A stretch of 64,000 nt of DNA, from positions 5,022,001-5,086,000 of the forward strand of contig NC_043020.1 of the NCBI RefSeq assembly GCF_006345805.1. Direction: 5' to 3'. Source of the DNA: Octopus sinensis (lineage: Eukaryota). Shown one piece after another: positions 49,931 to 61,875 of the stretch. Made by a program: the position numbers and the translations under genes. The notes under the pieces are model-generated. The model did not search any database. It worked only from the letters and a program-made list of their open reading frames with translations, and had not been told where the DNA came from. How positions within the stretch are numbered: the stretch's first letter is position 1; each line of letters opens with the position of its first letter.

Positions 49931-52234
49931 GATGATGATGATAGAAAACAGGAATTGAGTGATGATGACGATGATGATGATAAGGATGATGGTGATGACG
50001 ATGATGATGATAAGGATGATGGCAATGGTGATGATGATGACGATGATGATGATGATGATGATGATGGCAATAATGATGATGATGATGATGATGATGTCCA
50101 TGATGAAAACACTTAACTGCCAGCAGTGAGGGCAGTTAATTTTATAGCCACTCTAATTAGTTCAGAGTGTAATTAGCATTTATTCTTTTTTTCTTTCTTT
50201 GACTTGTTTCAGTCATTTGACTGCGGCCATGCTGGAGCACCGCCTTTAGTCGAGCAAATCGACCCCGGGACTTATTCTTTGTAAGCCCAGTACTTATTCT
50301 ATCGGTCTCTTTTGCCAAACTGCTAAGTGACGGGGACGTAAACACACCAGCATCGGTTGTCAAGCAATGCTAGGGGGACAAACACAGACACACAAACATA
50401 TACACACACACACATATATATATAGATATATACGACGGGTTTCTTTCAGTTTCCGTCTACCAAATCCACTCACAAGGCATTGGTCGGCCCGGGGCTATAG
50501 CAGAAGACACTTGCCCAAGATGCCATGCAGTGGGACTGAACCCGGGACCATGTGGTTGGTTAGCAAGCTACTTACCACACAGCCACTCCTGCTAGTGAAC
50601 TGAGAGGTGTGTGAGATGTCGTGTGGTAAGAGGTATGTTAATGAATTGCCGTGCAATGTTCTAATCTAGATAATGATTGGTAGAAGTGAATTTCTTATCA
50701 CACTGACCTGCTAATGATTAAATATATTGAAATAGTGGATATTTGGTGTGTCCTCATTCAGTCTGATTGTACGAATACCTGTACAAAATCCTTAAGCTGA
50801 AATATGTTGTTTTTAAAAAGATGTTTACCTTCTATCTTTCTAGATCAAAGTCTTATGTTTGTTTACCCTTAACTCACTGACTGCTTTGTGCATCTACTCA
50901 TGAATATATAAACAAATGAATAAGTAAATAAGGAGTGGCTGTGTGGTAAGTAGCTTGCTTACGAACCACATGGTTCCGGGTTCAGTTCCACTGCGTGGCA
51001 CCTTGGGCAAGTGTCTTCTACTATAGCCTCGGGCCGACCAAAGCCTTGTGAGTGGATTTGGTAGACGGAAACTGAAAGAAGCCCGTCGTATATATGTATA
51101 TGTGTATGTATATGTGTGTGTGTGTTTGTGTGTCTGTGTTTGTCCCCCAAGCATTGCTTGACAACCGATGATGGTGTGTTTATGTCCCCGTAACTTAGCG
51201 GTTCGGCAAAAGAGGCCGATAGAATAAGTACTGGGCTTACAAAAGAATAAGTACCGGGGTCGAGTTGCTCGATTAAAGGCGGTGCTCCAGCATGGCCGCA
51301 GTCAAATGACTGAAACAAGTAAAAGAGAAAGAGAAATAATCATCATCATCGTTTAACATCCGTTTTCCATGCTAGCATGGGTTGGACGATTTGACTGAGG
51401 TCTGGCGAACCAGATGGCTGCACCAGACACCAATCTTGATCTGGCAGAGTTTCTACAGCTGGAAGCCCTTCCTAACGCCAACCACTCCGAGAGTGTAGTG
51501 GGTGCTTTTACGTGCCACCAGCACAAGGGCCAGTCAGGCAGTACTGGCAATGGCCACACTCAAATGGTGCTTTTTATGTGCCACCTGCACAGGAGCCAGT
51601 CCAGCGGCACTGGCAACGACCTCGCTCGAATGTTTTTTCACATGCCACCAGCACACGTGCTAGTAAGGCGACGCAGGTAACGATCACGCTTGAATAGTGT
51701 TTTAAACATGCCATCGGCACGGAGGCCAGCTTGTTGCTCTGGCAACAATCTCACTCAAATATATATTCTTTGCATGAACCTTCATGTTTTTCCCCGTGTT
51801 TTTCTTATTTTCTTACAAACCAGTGTCCTTGAGTATATTTAAATTATATTTAATGCGTAAACACAGCCTGAAATATTGCTATAAGCTACATGGCGTATTT
51901 TATAAATATACCCATTTCAGTAAACATAATTGTATGAAATCATTAATAGCTCTTTCAGTTGTATACCTAATTTGATATATATATATATATATATGGCTTC
52001 CGTGCCGGTGGCACGTAAAAGCACCATCCGATCGTGGCCGTTTGCCAGACTCGTCTGGCTCGTAAAAAGCACCCACTACACTCACGGAGTGGTTGGCGTT
52101 AGGAAGGGCATCCAGCCGTAGAAACATTGCCAGATTAGACTGGGCCTGGTGCAGCCTTCTGGCTTCCCAGACCCCAGTTGCACCGTCCAACCCATGCCAG
52201 CATGGAAAGCAGACGCTAAACGATGATGATGATG

Positions 52235-52267
<33 letters not shown>

Positions 52268-52990
52268 CTTTATAATTAGGGTTCAGCAACGATTTGCTTC
52301 ACCACATACCGAAATCGTTGCTGTACCCTATTTATAAAGTATTACTTAAGCTTACCATGAAATGGTCCTTTTCATGCTGAATTCTACTTGGTGAAATTAT
52401 TGATTACTTCTTAATTAATTAGTTTCACCCTTTGTTATTATTATTATTATTATTATTCTTATTATTATTATATATATATATATATATAAGCTTAAAAGCC
52501 ATCTAAGTTATTAAGCTAATATGTAGCTTTTCAGTAACTAACCCTGAATGGGAAGAGCTGCAAATGGATCTCTGACTTGTTTCGAAGAATTTGTTGCAGT
52601 TGCTTTCTCCAGAGTCATATCCCAATGATGATCATATTCGTCGCTAAAAATCAGGTAAAAGAAATCGAGTTCTATATTAAAGAGATGACGAATTATGTAC
52701 ATTATTTACATTTGACGGATATTTGTCCTCATCTTGTTTGTTGTTAACACAACGTTTTTGGCTGATATACCCTCCAGCCTTCATCAAGTGTCTTGGGGAA
52801 ATTTCAAACCTGGGTTCTCATTCCTAAGGTATTTTTCGATGTTGTCGCCGCCGCAAAGTGGCCGAAGACTTTTGCATGGTACTGTATGTACATATTTCTG
52901 TCTGCACCCATCCCCTCCGTCCTTAAGGAAATTTCCATGATACTCTGTAAAGTTTGTTCCATTATCTATCACTTCTCTTCCTTCTTTCAG

Positions 52991-53096
52991 TCTGCTGTGA
53001 ATTTCAGCACCACAAACTCTCTGGATGCCCAATTCTATGAATCAGTTGAAGAAATTGTTTCAGACATCCCAGACGGTGCTAAACTTTTGGTAGGAG
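52991..53096 (+). CDS. OXCT1: OXCT1 exon 2
   Basis: cttctttcag| SAVNFSTTNSLDAQFYESVEEIVSDIPDGAKLLVG G|gtgagt; 106 bp, phase 0 to 1; typical SCOT N-terminus. Confidence 0.95.
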
Positions 53097-56000
53097 GTGA
53101 GTTTTTGGTTATCATTTGTTTTCGAGGCATCAGCACAGGGTATTCTTGCTTTTATAACTATCCAGAAGGATAGACATATCATTGAGAACAATAGATTTAG
53201 TCAAGGGTAGAAGAGCAATGCCTGTTGCCCTTTTTATGCCTTTGTGTGTGTGTGTATTGCAAGGCCTCCAAGGCAATTGGTGAGAGAGAAGAGGAAGGAA
53301 AAAAACATGATCTGGAGGTTTCTGTTGGCACAGGCTTGGCTGTGTGATTAAGAGGTTGGCTTCCCGGTTTTGTGGACTTGGGTTCAGTCCTACTGACCTG
53401 TGTATCAAATGTGACCCACAAGACATATTTCTCTGGCACCCATGCATCACAGGTGATATGTGTTCGCAATTTTCTTTCATCCATCATTGTCTTTAGACTT
53501 ATAAAAAGAAAACTTTAATCTTAATCAGAATGTATTAATCAAGGACTATCTAAAGGTCGAAAAACAAGTATGGACATTTTAGATAAACTTAAGAAAATAG
53601 CTTGGCCAGGCAAGATATATTTCCCTGGTGTCCATGCATCATCATCGTTTAGCGTCCACTTTCCATGCTAGCATGGGTTGGATAATTTGACTGAGGGCTG
53701 ACGAACCAGATGCCTGCACCAGGCTCCAATCTTGATCTGGTAGAGTTACTACAGCTGGATGCCCTTCCTAACGCCAACCACTACGAGAGTGTAGTGGATG
53801 CTTTTACGTGCCACCAGCACGGGGGCTAGTCAGGCAGTACTGGCAACGACTTCGCTTGAATCTTTTTACACATGCCACCGGCACAGGTGCCAGTGAGGCA
53901 ATGCTTGTAACAATCATGCTTGAATGGTGCCTTTTATGTGCCACTGGCACGGAAGCCAGTTGGTAGCTCTGGCAACGATCCCACTCGGATGGTGCTCTTA
54001 GCACCCTACTAGTACGGGGCTCAAGTGCCAGTAAGGCGACACTGGTAACGATCGCACTCGAATGGTGCCTTTTATGTACCACTGGCATGGAAGCCGGTTA
54101 GCTGCTCTGTCAGCAATCAAACTCGTATAGTGCTCTTTACACCCTGCTAGCACAGATGCCAGTCATCGAATTTGATTTTGATTTCATCATATTTGATACA
54201 TTCCCCAATTTTTTTAATCATCAAAGTAACTTGGAATTTAGGAAAGGAAAACATTATATTATTCAGAATATACGAAACAAGCATTAATTAAAAGCTTAAA
54301 CTCAGGTGTAAGTCAAACTTAGACAGGTAGAATTAATGTCACAGCTTCATTACAAAGACACACTTTGTTGAACATAATTAAACCAATGTCACACTAAAAC
54401 TGTCTCATCTAACAGAACTGCTTAACACTTTTGCCTGTCCTATGTATTTCTTTACTGCCCACAAGGGGCTAAACATAGAGGGGTCAAACAAGGACAGACA
54501 AAGGGATTAAGTCGATTACATCGACCTCAGTGGGAAACTGGTACTTTATTTATCGACCCCGAAAGGATGAAAGGCAAAGTCGACCTTGGCGGAATTTGAA
54601 CTGAGAAGGTAACAACAGACGAAATACGACCACGCATTTCGCCCGGTGTGCTAACGTTTCTGCCAGCTCGCCGCCTTTTGCCTGTCCTGTGTATCAGATG
54701 TGATACTCGGGACATATGTAACGGTTATGTTTGACTAGTAAACAATATTATGAAATGTCAGGGTCAGCAGTTGTAACGATAAAAATGTTGTTGTTATAAT
54801 TGCTTACTGTAAGATGTGAAAGGTGAACAATGCATAAAGTTTTAAGAAAGTATTTATTTACCATTATGTTACAAATACCTTGCCTCGACGGGCAGGTTAT
54901 GATAAATCCAAAAGCATGCAAAGTAAAGTTTGTGTTTGTGTCCTCTTCATTGTTTAGTAGTAATTACAGAGAGATAGAATGATGTTGTAAGAGAACAGAA
55001 TTAGAGCTAGTGAGAGTTGTAGGGTGTTGTCTCATAGTTGCTGAGAGTAAACTTCATTTCTTCCCTTGACCTAGTCTGGTCAGCCAGACTTCGTTCTCAT
55101 TGAGTCGTTACCATGTGACTGAACTCGTTGAGTCGTCACCGACTGATTTTTGCTTGGGGTATTCTTGCTTTTATAACTATCCACAAGGATAGACATATCA
55201 TTGAGAATAATAGATTTAGTTGGTGGTCTTGTTATCTCTATTCTAGCTTTTCATGGAGTAAAGGAGGTTAGAAAGGGTCAAGTGGTGAAGACATTATTTC
55301 GGCCTAGCTAATGGCATCTGGAAAATGTAAAACTGCTGTCAGAGAAAAACCATTGTTCCACCATGGGAAAAGTTCTGTTGCAATGTTAATTTAAATTTGG
55401 CTATGGTGGATCGAATCCACTTCATACTTGCAAGATCCACTACATGTATTTCCTTTGGATCCTTGCATCATATTACGATACACATTCCCTATTTTTTTCA
55501 TCTACCAAAGTAACTTGGGGCTTGTGGAGCAAGGGCTAACTAAAAGTTTGAAAACAAGTATGGATGTTTAGAACAAACTTACTTCTTGTACATACCCTAC
55601 AATGTCATTTTGAAAACATACAATTATGTCGTTGAAATCGTAAAGCTACCAGATGATGCATGACTAATTAAAAGCAATGTTAATAAATAAGAATTACATT
55701 TGACAGAATAATCTGAACACTAAAGAGTTAAGCACAGATATGGCAGGATTGGTTTTGAGAAAAGTGGTTTTGGGACAAGAAATGAATGATTAGCATATGA
55801 GAGATCATCATCATCATCATCATCATCGTTTAACGTCCGTTCTCCATGCTAGCATGGGTTGGACGGTTCGACCGGGGATCTGGGAAGCCAGAAGGCTGCA
55901 CCAGGCTCCAGTCTTATCTGGCAATGTTTCTACAGCTGGATGCCCTTCCTAACGCCAACCACTCTGTGAGTGTAGTGGGTGCTTTTTACGTGCCACCTGC

Positions 56001-56218
56001 ACAGGTGCCAGGCGAGGCTGGCAACGGCTACGGTCGGATTGGTGTATTTTATGTGCCACCGGCACGGAAGCCAGTCGAGGCGGCGCTGGCATCGGCCACG
56101 AGTCGGATAGTGCTTTTTACGTACCACCAGGCCAGGGATCCTGGCTGGTTCAATTCGATTCGATGGAAATGGATAAAGAAATCCTCAAGTCTCATGGTTA
56201 TTTGTAATTCTCTTTCAG

Positions 56219-56352
56219 GGTTTGGTCTTTGTGGAATTCCTGAGAATTTGATTGATGGTCTGCTAAAAAGTAAAGTGAAAGATTTAACTGTCGTCAGCAA
56301 CAATGCTGGTGTCGATGATTTCGGACTTGGCTTGCTGCTCAAACAGAAACAG
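56219..56352 (+). CDS. OXCT1: OXCT1 exon 3
   Basis: tctttcag| (G)[44 protein letters not shown] |gtgagt; GGFGLCGIP and SNNAG motifs of class I CoA-transferase alpha domain; 134 bp. Confidence 0.97.
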
Positions 56353-56599
56353 GTGAGTCTTAACGATGTGTTAATTAACCTGTTGTTTAATGTGTGTTGT
56401 TTGTCTGGTAAGAAGTTTGTTTCACACCCACCTGGTTCCAAGTTCAGTCGTGCTACATGGTACCTCGGGCAAGTATCTTCTACTATAGCTCTGGGCCGAC
56501 CAAAGCCTTGTGAGTTGATTTAGTAGACAGAAACTGAAAGAAGCCCATTGTATGTATATGTGTGTGTGTGTGTTTGGTGGGGTCTTTGTGTCAGTGATT

Positions 56600-56945
56600 G
56601 TCCCCCACCACATCACCCCTAACATCTGGCCACCTAACTACCCAGACTACAACCCCCTTGATTATTATATGTGGGGTGCAGTTGAGCGAGAGACCAACAA
56701 AACTCCTTATAACACCAAAGATGATCTAAATGCAAGAATTATGGCAGCATTCACCAACTCAAACAAGGAGATCGTCCAGAAGAGTTGCAGGAGATTCCAA
56801 AGTCGTCTGGAGTCCTTGGTTGTAGCCAATGGTGATTTTATTGAATAAATTTACTCTTTAGTATTTCAAGATATTTTTATTTAATTTTAGTAAATATATC
56901 TGTTAAAATGAGATGTCGGCATTATTTTCATTTCTGCATAATTTA
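56600..56945 (+). mobile_element. Tc1/mariner superfamily (maT/Tc1-like) transposase C-terminal remnant
   Basis: WPPNYPDYNPLDYYMWG...CRRFQSRLESLVVANGDFIE*. Confidence 0.85.
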
Positions 56946-56949
56946 GACT

Positions 56950-57365
56950 TTTTTGTTGTCCTCATCTTGTTTGTTGTTAACACATTTCGGCTGATATACC
57001 CTCCAGCCTTCTTCAGGTGTTTTGGGGAAATTTCGAACCTGGGTTCTCATTCCTAAGGTTATTTTACGATATTATTATTATTATTTTTCTTCTTCTTCTT
57101 CTTACTGTCTGGAATCAAACTCAGAATCTTAGGATTAGTAGCCTGCGCTCTTAACCACTACACCAAGTTCGATTCCAAGCAGTGACCTGAATAATAACAA
57201 CAACATTGAAAAATACCTTAGGAATGAGAACCCAAGTTCGAAATTTCCCCAAGACACCTGATGAAGGCTGGAGGGTATATCAGCTGAAACGTTGTGTTAA
57301 CAACAAAGAAGATGAGGGCAAATATCCGTCAAATGTAAATAATTCCTCATCACTTAAATATAGAA
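56950..57365. mobile_element. Head-to-head pair of tRNA-headed, hammerhead-bearing short elements; third truncated copy 52672-52845 (-)
   Basis: - copy: TGGTGTAGTGGTTAAGAGCGCAGGCTACTAA...GAGTTTGATTCC head, body, hammerhead relic. + copy starts at the B box (57167) and carries an intact motif at 57253-57298. Confidence 0.8.
57253..57298 (+). ncRNA. Minimal type I hammerhead-like motif
   Basis: GACAC CTGATGA A GGCTG-GAGGGTATAT-CAGCT GAAA CG TT GTGTT: stem III is only the palindrome ACGU, triplet GUU, one extra A after A9. Confidence 0.6.
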
Positions 57366-57515
57366 CTAATTCAAAACAATTTGAATAAATAAGCACTGCA
57401 TTTGATATAGTAATCTGTATGTTTAAGGGTTCAACACCAAGCATGTCCAATATGTAACCGGTATAATGAGTGGAAGATTGTTGTAATGCTTTGTTCCATG
57501 AATTAATTCTTTCAG

Positions 57516-57608
57516 ATTAAAAGGATGATCTCATCATACGTCGGAGAAAATGCAGAATTTGAGAAACAATATTTGAGTGGAGAACTTGAGGTAGAACTCA
57601 CTCCTCAG
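57516..57608 (+). CDS. OXCT1: OXCT1 exon 4
   Basis: ttctttcag| [31 protein letters not shown] |gtaaga; 93 bp, phase 0 to 0. Confidence 0.97.
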
Positions 57609-59404
57609 GTAAGAGACACTTCATTCTCTCTGGGGTCACGTTTAGGTGTTCCTGTGGGGCTGAGACCACAGGAAGGGCAGATGTTAAGGTGTTCACTTCG
57701 CAGCTGTGTGGTCCCAGGTTCAATCCCCCCTCGTGTCGTCTTGGGCAAACTTTACATTAACCTGTGCATTATAAATGGAAATTCGTGAGATGGAAACTGT
57801 ATGGAAACCCTGTATGTTTCTCTATGTTTCTGTCTGGCAGCTCATGTGAAATCATCAAATTAAGTTTGCTAACATTTTTTTTTACCATATTTTTGTTAAA
57901 ATACATAGCCTTCATTTTAATTAATTTTAAAAATAATAAATTTAGTAAAATAACTTTGTCATTGTAAAGCTGGTGTTTGGAACCATAAATGAACATGAAC
58001 TTTTGAATTAAGGTTTTAATTTAGATCACTTTAACCCTTTTGTTACCATACCTCTGTCGAAATACACTGACTTTGTTTCACTTCGTTTTGAAATCAAAAT
58101 GAAATCAAATCACAATCAAATGGAAATTGTAGTTGTGGTCCCCATGTCGGTGGCACATAAAAAGCACCATCCGAACATGGCCGATGCCAGCACTGCCTTG
58201 ACTGGCTCCCGTGCTGGTGGCACATAAAAGCACCATCCAATCATGATCAATGGCAGCTCCCCTGGCCCCTTTGCCGGTGGCACGTAAAAAGCACCCACTA
58301 CACTCTTGGAGTGGTTGGCGTTATGAAGGGCATCCAGCTGTAGAAATATTGCCAGATCAGATTGGAGCCTGGTGCAGCCTTCTGGCTTCCCAGATTCCTG
58401 GTCGAACTGTCCAACCCATGCCAGCATGGAAAACAGACGTTAAACGATGGTGATGATGAACTTAGATATTATTAGTGTTTAGAACCATAAATTGACATGA
58501 AATTTTGATGGAAAGTTTTAATTGAGACTACTTTTAAACTGGAAGTTTATTATCATAGAACCAGGGGCAATTATAGGCAGGTTGGTATCAAAAGTTTAAA
58601 GTGATCTATAAATTAAAATCTTCCATCAAAATTTCATGCTAATTTACATTCCAAAAACCAGCTTAATAATGGCAGTTATTTTGCTTATGGTCTTCCTTAT
58701 TTTCAAAATTGATTTCCTGGCTCGCTGGACGGCCAGCTGTGCTAACCTTGGATCGTAGAGTGACCTGGTGTGTTTGAGGAGACCTATTGAGTCAAGTACG
58801 TCAACATCATAATAAAAATCAAATTGAAATTGTAGCTATGGTACCCGTGCCGGTGGCACTTGGCAGGGTCTCCAAGTTACTTGCAAGACAAAGAGCCTTT
58901 GAGAGGGGAGGGGACAATGGTGGAGGTGATCTTGTGTCGGATGATGGAAGGTTTAAGGCGGCGAGCTGGCAGAACCGTTAGCACGCTGGGCGAAATGCTT
59001 AGTGGTATTTCGTCTGCGTTACGTTGTGAGTTCAAATTCTGCCGAGGTTGACTTTGCCTTTCCTCCTTTCAGAGTCGATAAATTAAGTACCAGTTACGCA
59101 CTGGGGTTGATGTAATTGACTTAATACCTATGTCTGTCCTTGTTTGTCCCCTCTGTGTTTAGCCCCTTGTGGGTAGTAAAGAAATAGGATGATGGAAGGT
59201 TGATGTCTGACAGTGAGACAGAAACAGGGATCATGCTGCCGAGGAGATAACGTGATTAACCAGCCAGATTTTACGGGTTACTCGGGGTGAAAATAACATA
59301 GCTGGACCCCCTGTATTGCATGCACCCCTAACATCTGTCTCAATGAGATTTCACTGTTTCTCTTTCCTCTGTGTCACTGAAATTGTCTAACTCTTGTTTT
59401 CTAG

Positions 59405-59554
59405 GGTACTCTGGCTGAAAAGATCAGGGCAGGTGGGGCTGGCATCCCAGCCTTTTTCACACCGACAGCTTTTGGTACGTTGATCCATGAAGGAGGGGCG
59501 CCTATCAAATACAAATCTGATGGTGATGTCGCTCTGGCAAGTCCAACACGGGAG
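59405..59554 (+). CDS. OXCT1: OXCT1 exon 5
   Basis: ttttctag| [50 protein letters not shown] |gtaagt; 150 bp. Confidence 0.97.
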
Positions 59555-59620
59555 GTAAGTTTCACTGGACAATTGACCACTGCATAACCAAGGGAACAGT
59601 TCTCTTTGAATATCATCATC

Positions 59621-59975
59621 GGCACCTGTGTCGGTGGCACATAAAAAACACCATCCGAGCGTGGCCGTTCGCCAGCCTCGTCTGGCACCTGTGTCGGTGG
59701 CACATAAAAAGCACCATCCGAGCGTGGCCGTTCACCAGCCTCGTCTGGCACCTGTGTCGGTGGCACATAAAAAGCACCATCCGAGCGTGGCCGTTCGCCA
59801 GCCTCGTCTGGCACCTGTGTCGGTGGCACATAAAAAGCACCATCTGAGCGTGGCCATTCGCCAGCCTCGTCTGGCACCTGTGTCGGTGGCACATAAAAAG
59901 CACCATCCGAGCGTGGCTGTTCGCCAGCCTCATCTGGCACCTGTGTCGGTGGCACATAAAAAGCACCCACTACAC
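59621..59975 (+). repeat. 63-bp tandem array within an RTE 3' UTR
   Basis: Units start at 59621, 59684, 59747, 59810, 59873, 59936. Confidence 0.95.
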
Positions 59976-60646
59976 TCACGGAGTTGTTGGCGTTAGGAGG
60001 GGCATCCAGCTGTAGAAACACTGCCAGATCAGACTGGGCCTGATGCAGCCTTCTGGCTTCACAGACCCCAGTCTAGCATGGAAAGCGGACGTTAAACGAT
60101 GATGATGATCATCATCATCATCATTTAACCCTTTAGCATTCAGATTATTCTGTAAAATGTAAAGCTTATGTATTCACACCATGTAAAATTAATCTTGCAT
60201 CATTTCATGGCTTTGAGATTTCAATGATGTGATTCTTTATTTTTAAAATGACACAGGAGTGGCTGTGTGGTAAGTAGCTTGCTTACCAACCACATGGTTC
60301 TGGGTTCAGTCCCACTGCGTGGCACCTTGGGCAAGTGTCTTCTACTATAGCCTCGGGCCGACCAAAGCCTTGTGAGTGGATTTGGTAGAAGGAAACTGAA
60401 AGAAGCCTGTCGTATATATGTATATATGTGTGTGTGTGTATGTTTGTGTGTCTGTGTTTGTCCCCCTAGCATTGCTTGGCAACCGATGCTGGTGTCTTTA
60501 TGTCCCCGTCACTTAGAGGTTCGGCAAAAGAGACTGATAGAATAAGTACTGGGCTTACAAAAAATAAGTTCCGGGGTCGATTTGCTTGACTAAAGGCAGT
60601 GCTCCAGCATGGCCACAGTCAAATGACTGAAACAAGTAAAAGAGAG

Positions 60647-60677
<31 letters not shown>

Positions 60678-60878
60678 ATATATATATATATATGGGTGAT
60701 GTGTGTGTGTGTATGTATATATATAACTCTTGGAGTGGTTGGTGTTAGGAGGGGCATCCAGCTGTAGAAACACTGCCAGATCAAGATTGGAGCCTGGTGC
60801 AGCCATCTGGTTCGCCAGCCATCAGTCAAAATCGTCCAACCCATGCCAGCATGGAAAGCGGACGTTAAACGATGATGA

Positions 60879-60927
<49 letters not shown>

Positions 60928-61070
60928 ATATATATCACTGACATTGACATTCTCTCTGTTTCGTACTCCACCCTGCCTTCTCACACAGTCTCACTAACTC
61001 TCTCACCTCTGTCTTTATATATCTGTATATATATCTTTCTGTCTATCTATCTATGTACCTTATCTTCCAG

Positions 61071-61177
61071 AATAGAGTATTTAATGGTGTAAACTACATA
61101 ATGGAAGAAGCCATCACAGGTGACTACGCCCTCATAAAAGCCTGGAAGGCTGACAGAGCTGGTAACCTTATATTTCG
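61071..61177 (+). CDS. OXCT1: OXCT1 exon 6
   Basis: tatcttccag| [35 protein letters not shown](R) |gtaagt; 107 bp, phase 0 to 2; KAWKAD..GN motif. Confidence 0.96.
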
Positions 61178-61219
61178 GTAAGTGTCTCTCTCTCTGTCTC
61201 TCTTATACACCCTTCCACT

Positions 61220-61875
61220 AATCTGTGGTCAGTCAGTAATTACTGTATCTTATCTGTGGTCAGTCAGTCAATTACTGTATCTTATCTGTGGTCAATCAGT
61301 CAATTACTGTATCTTATCTGTGGTCAGTCAGTCAATTACTGTATCTTATCTGTGGTCAGTCAGTCAATTACTGTATTATCTGTGGTCAGTCAGTCAATTA
61401 CTGTATCTTATCTGTGGTCAGTCAGTCAATTACTGTATCTTATCTGTGGTCAGTCAGTCAATTACTGTATTTATCTGTGGTCAGTCAGTCAATTACTGTA
61501 TCTTATCTGTGGTCAGTCAGTCAATTACTGTATCTATCTGTGGTCAGTCAGTCAATTACTGTATCTTATCTGTGGTCAGTCAGTCAATTACTGTATCTTA
61601 TCTGTGGTCAGTCAGTCAATTACTGTATCTTATCTGTGGTCAGTCAGTCAATTACTGTATCTTATCTGTGGTCAGTCAGTCAATTACTGTATCTTATCTG
61701 TGGTCAGTCAGTCAATTACTGTATCTTATCTGTGGTCAGTCAGTCAATTACTGTATCTTATCTGTGGTCAGTCAGTCAATTACTGTATCTTATCTGTGGT
61801 CAGTCAGTCAATTACTGTATCTTATCTGTGGTCAGTCAGTCAGTCAATTACTGTTATCTGTGGTCAGTCGGTCAA
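61220..61875. repeat. 32-bp minisatellite, about 20 copies
   Basis: ATCTGTGGTCAGTCAGTCAATTACTGTATCTT repeated with few variants. Confidence 0.97.

Noticed and set aside
49642-50116. Poly-Ser/Asp/Ile ORFs (also poly-His/Met at 62386-62913)
   Set aside because: (GAT)n tails and trinucleotide expansions.
50367-50603. Recurrent short ORFs such as MLGGQTQTHK..., FQSFDCGHAGAPPL..., [12 protein letters not shown]...
   Set aside because: Translations of SINE A and RTE 3' UTR copies, not a gene family.
55846-56523. 225-aa ORF
   Set aside because: Chance read-through of an RTE tail, OXCT1 exon 3 and SINE sequence; only 56219-56352 is coding.
57105-57166. Possible tRNA gene
   Set aside because: A and B boxes are present but there is no complete acceptor stem, and it runs into repeat body; treated as an element head.
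59401-60021. Repetitive 206-aa ORF and CRISPR-like appearance of the 63-bp array
   Set aside because: Units are contiguous with no unique spacers, lie in an RTE 3' UTR in a eukaryotic intron, and no cas genes are present.
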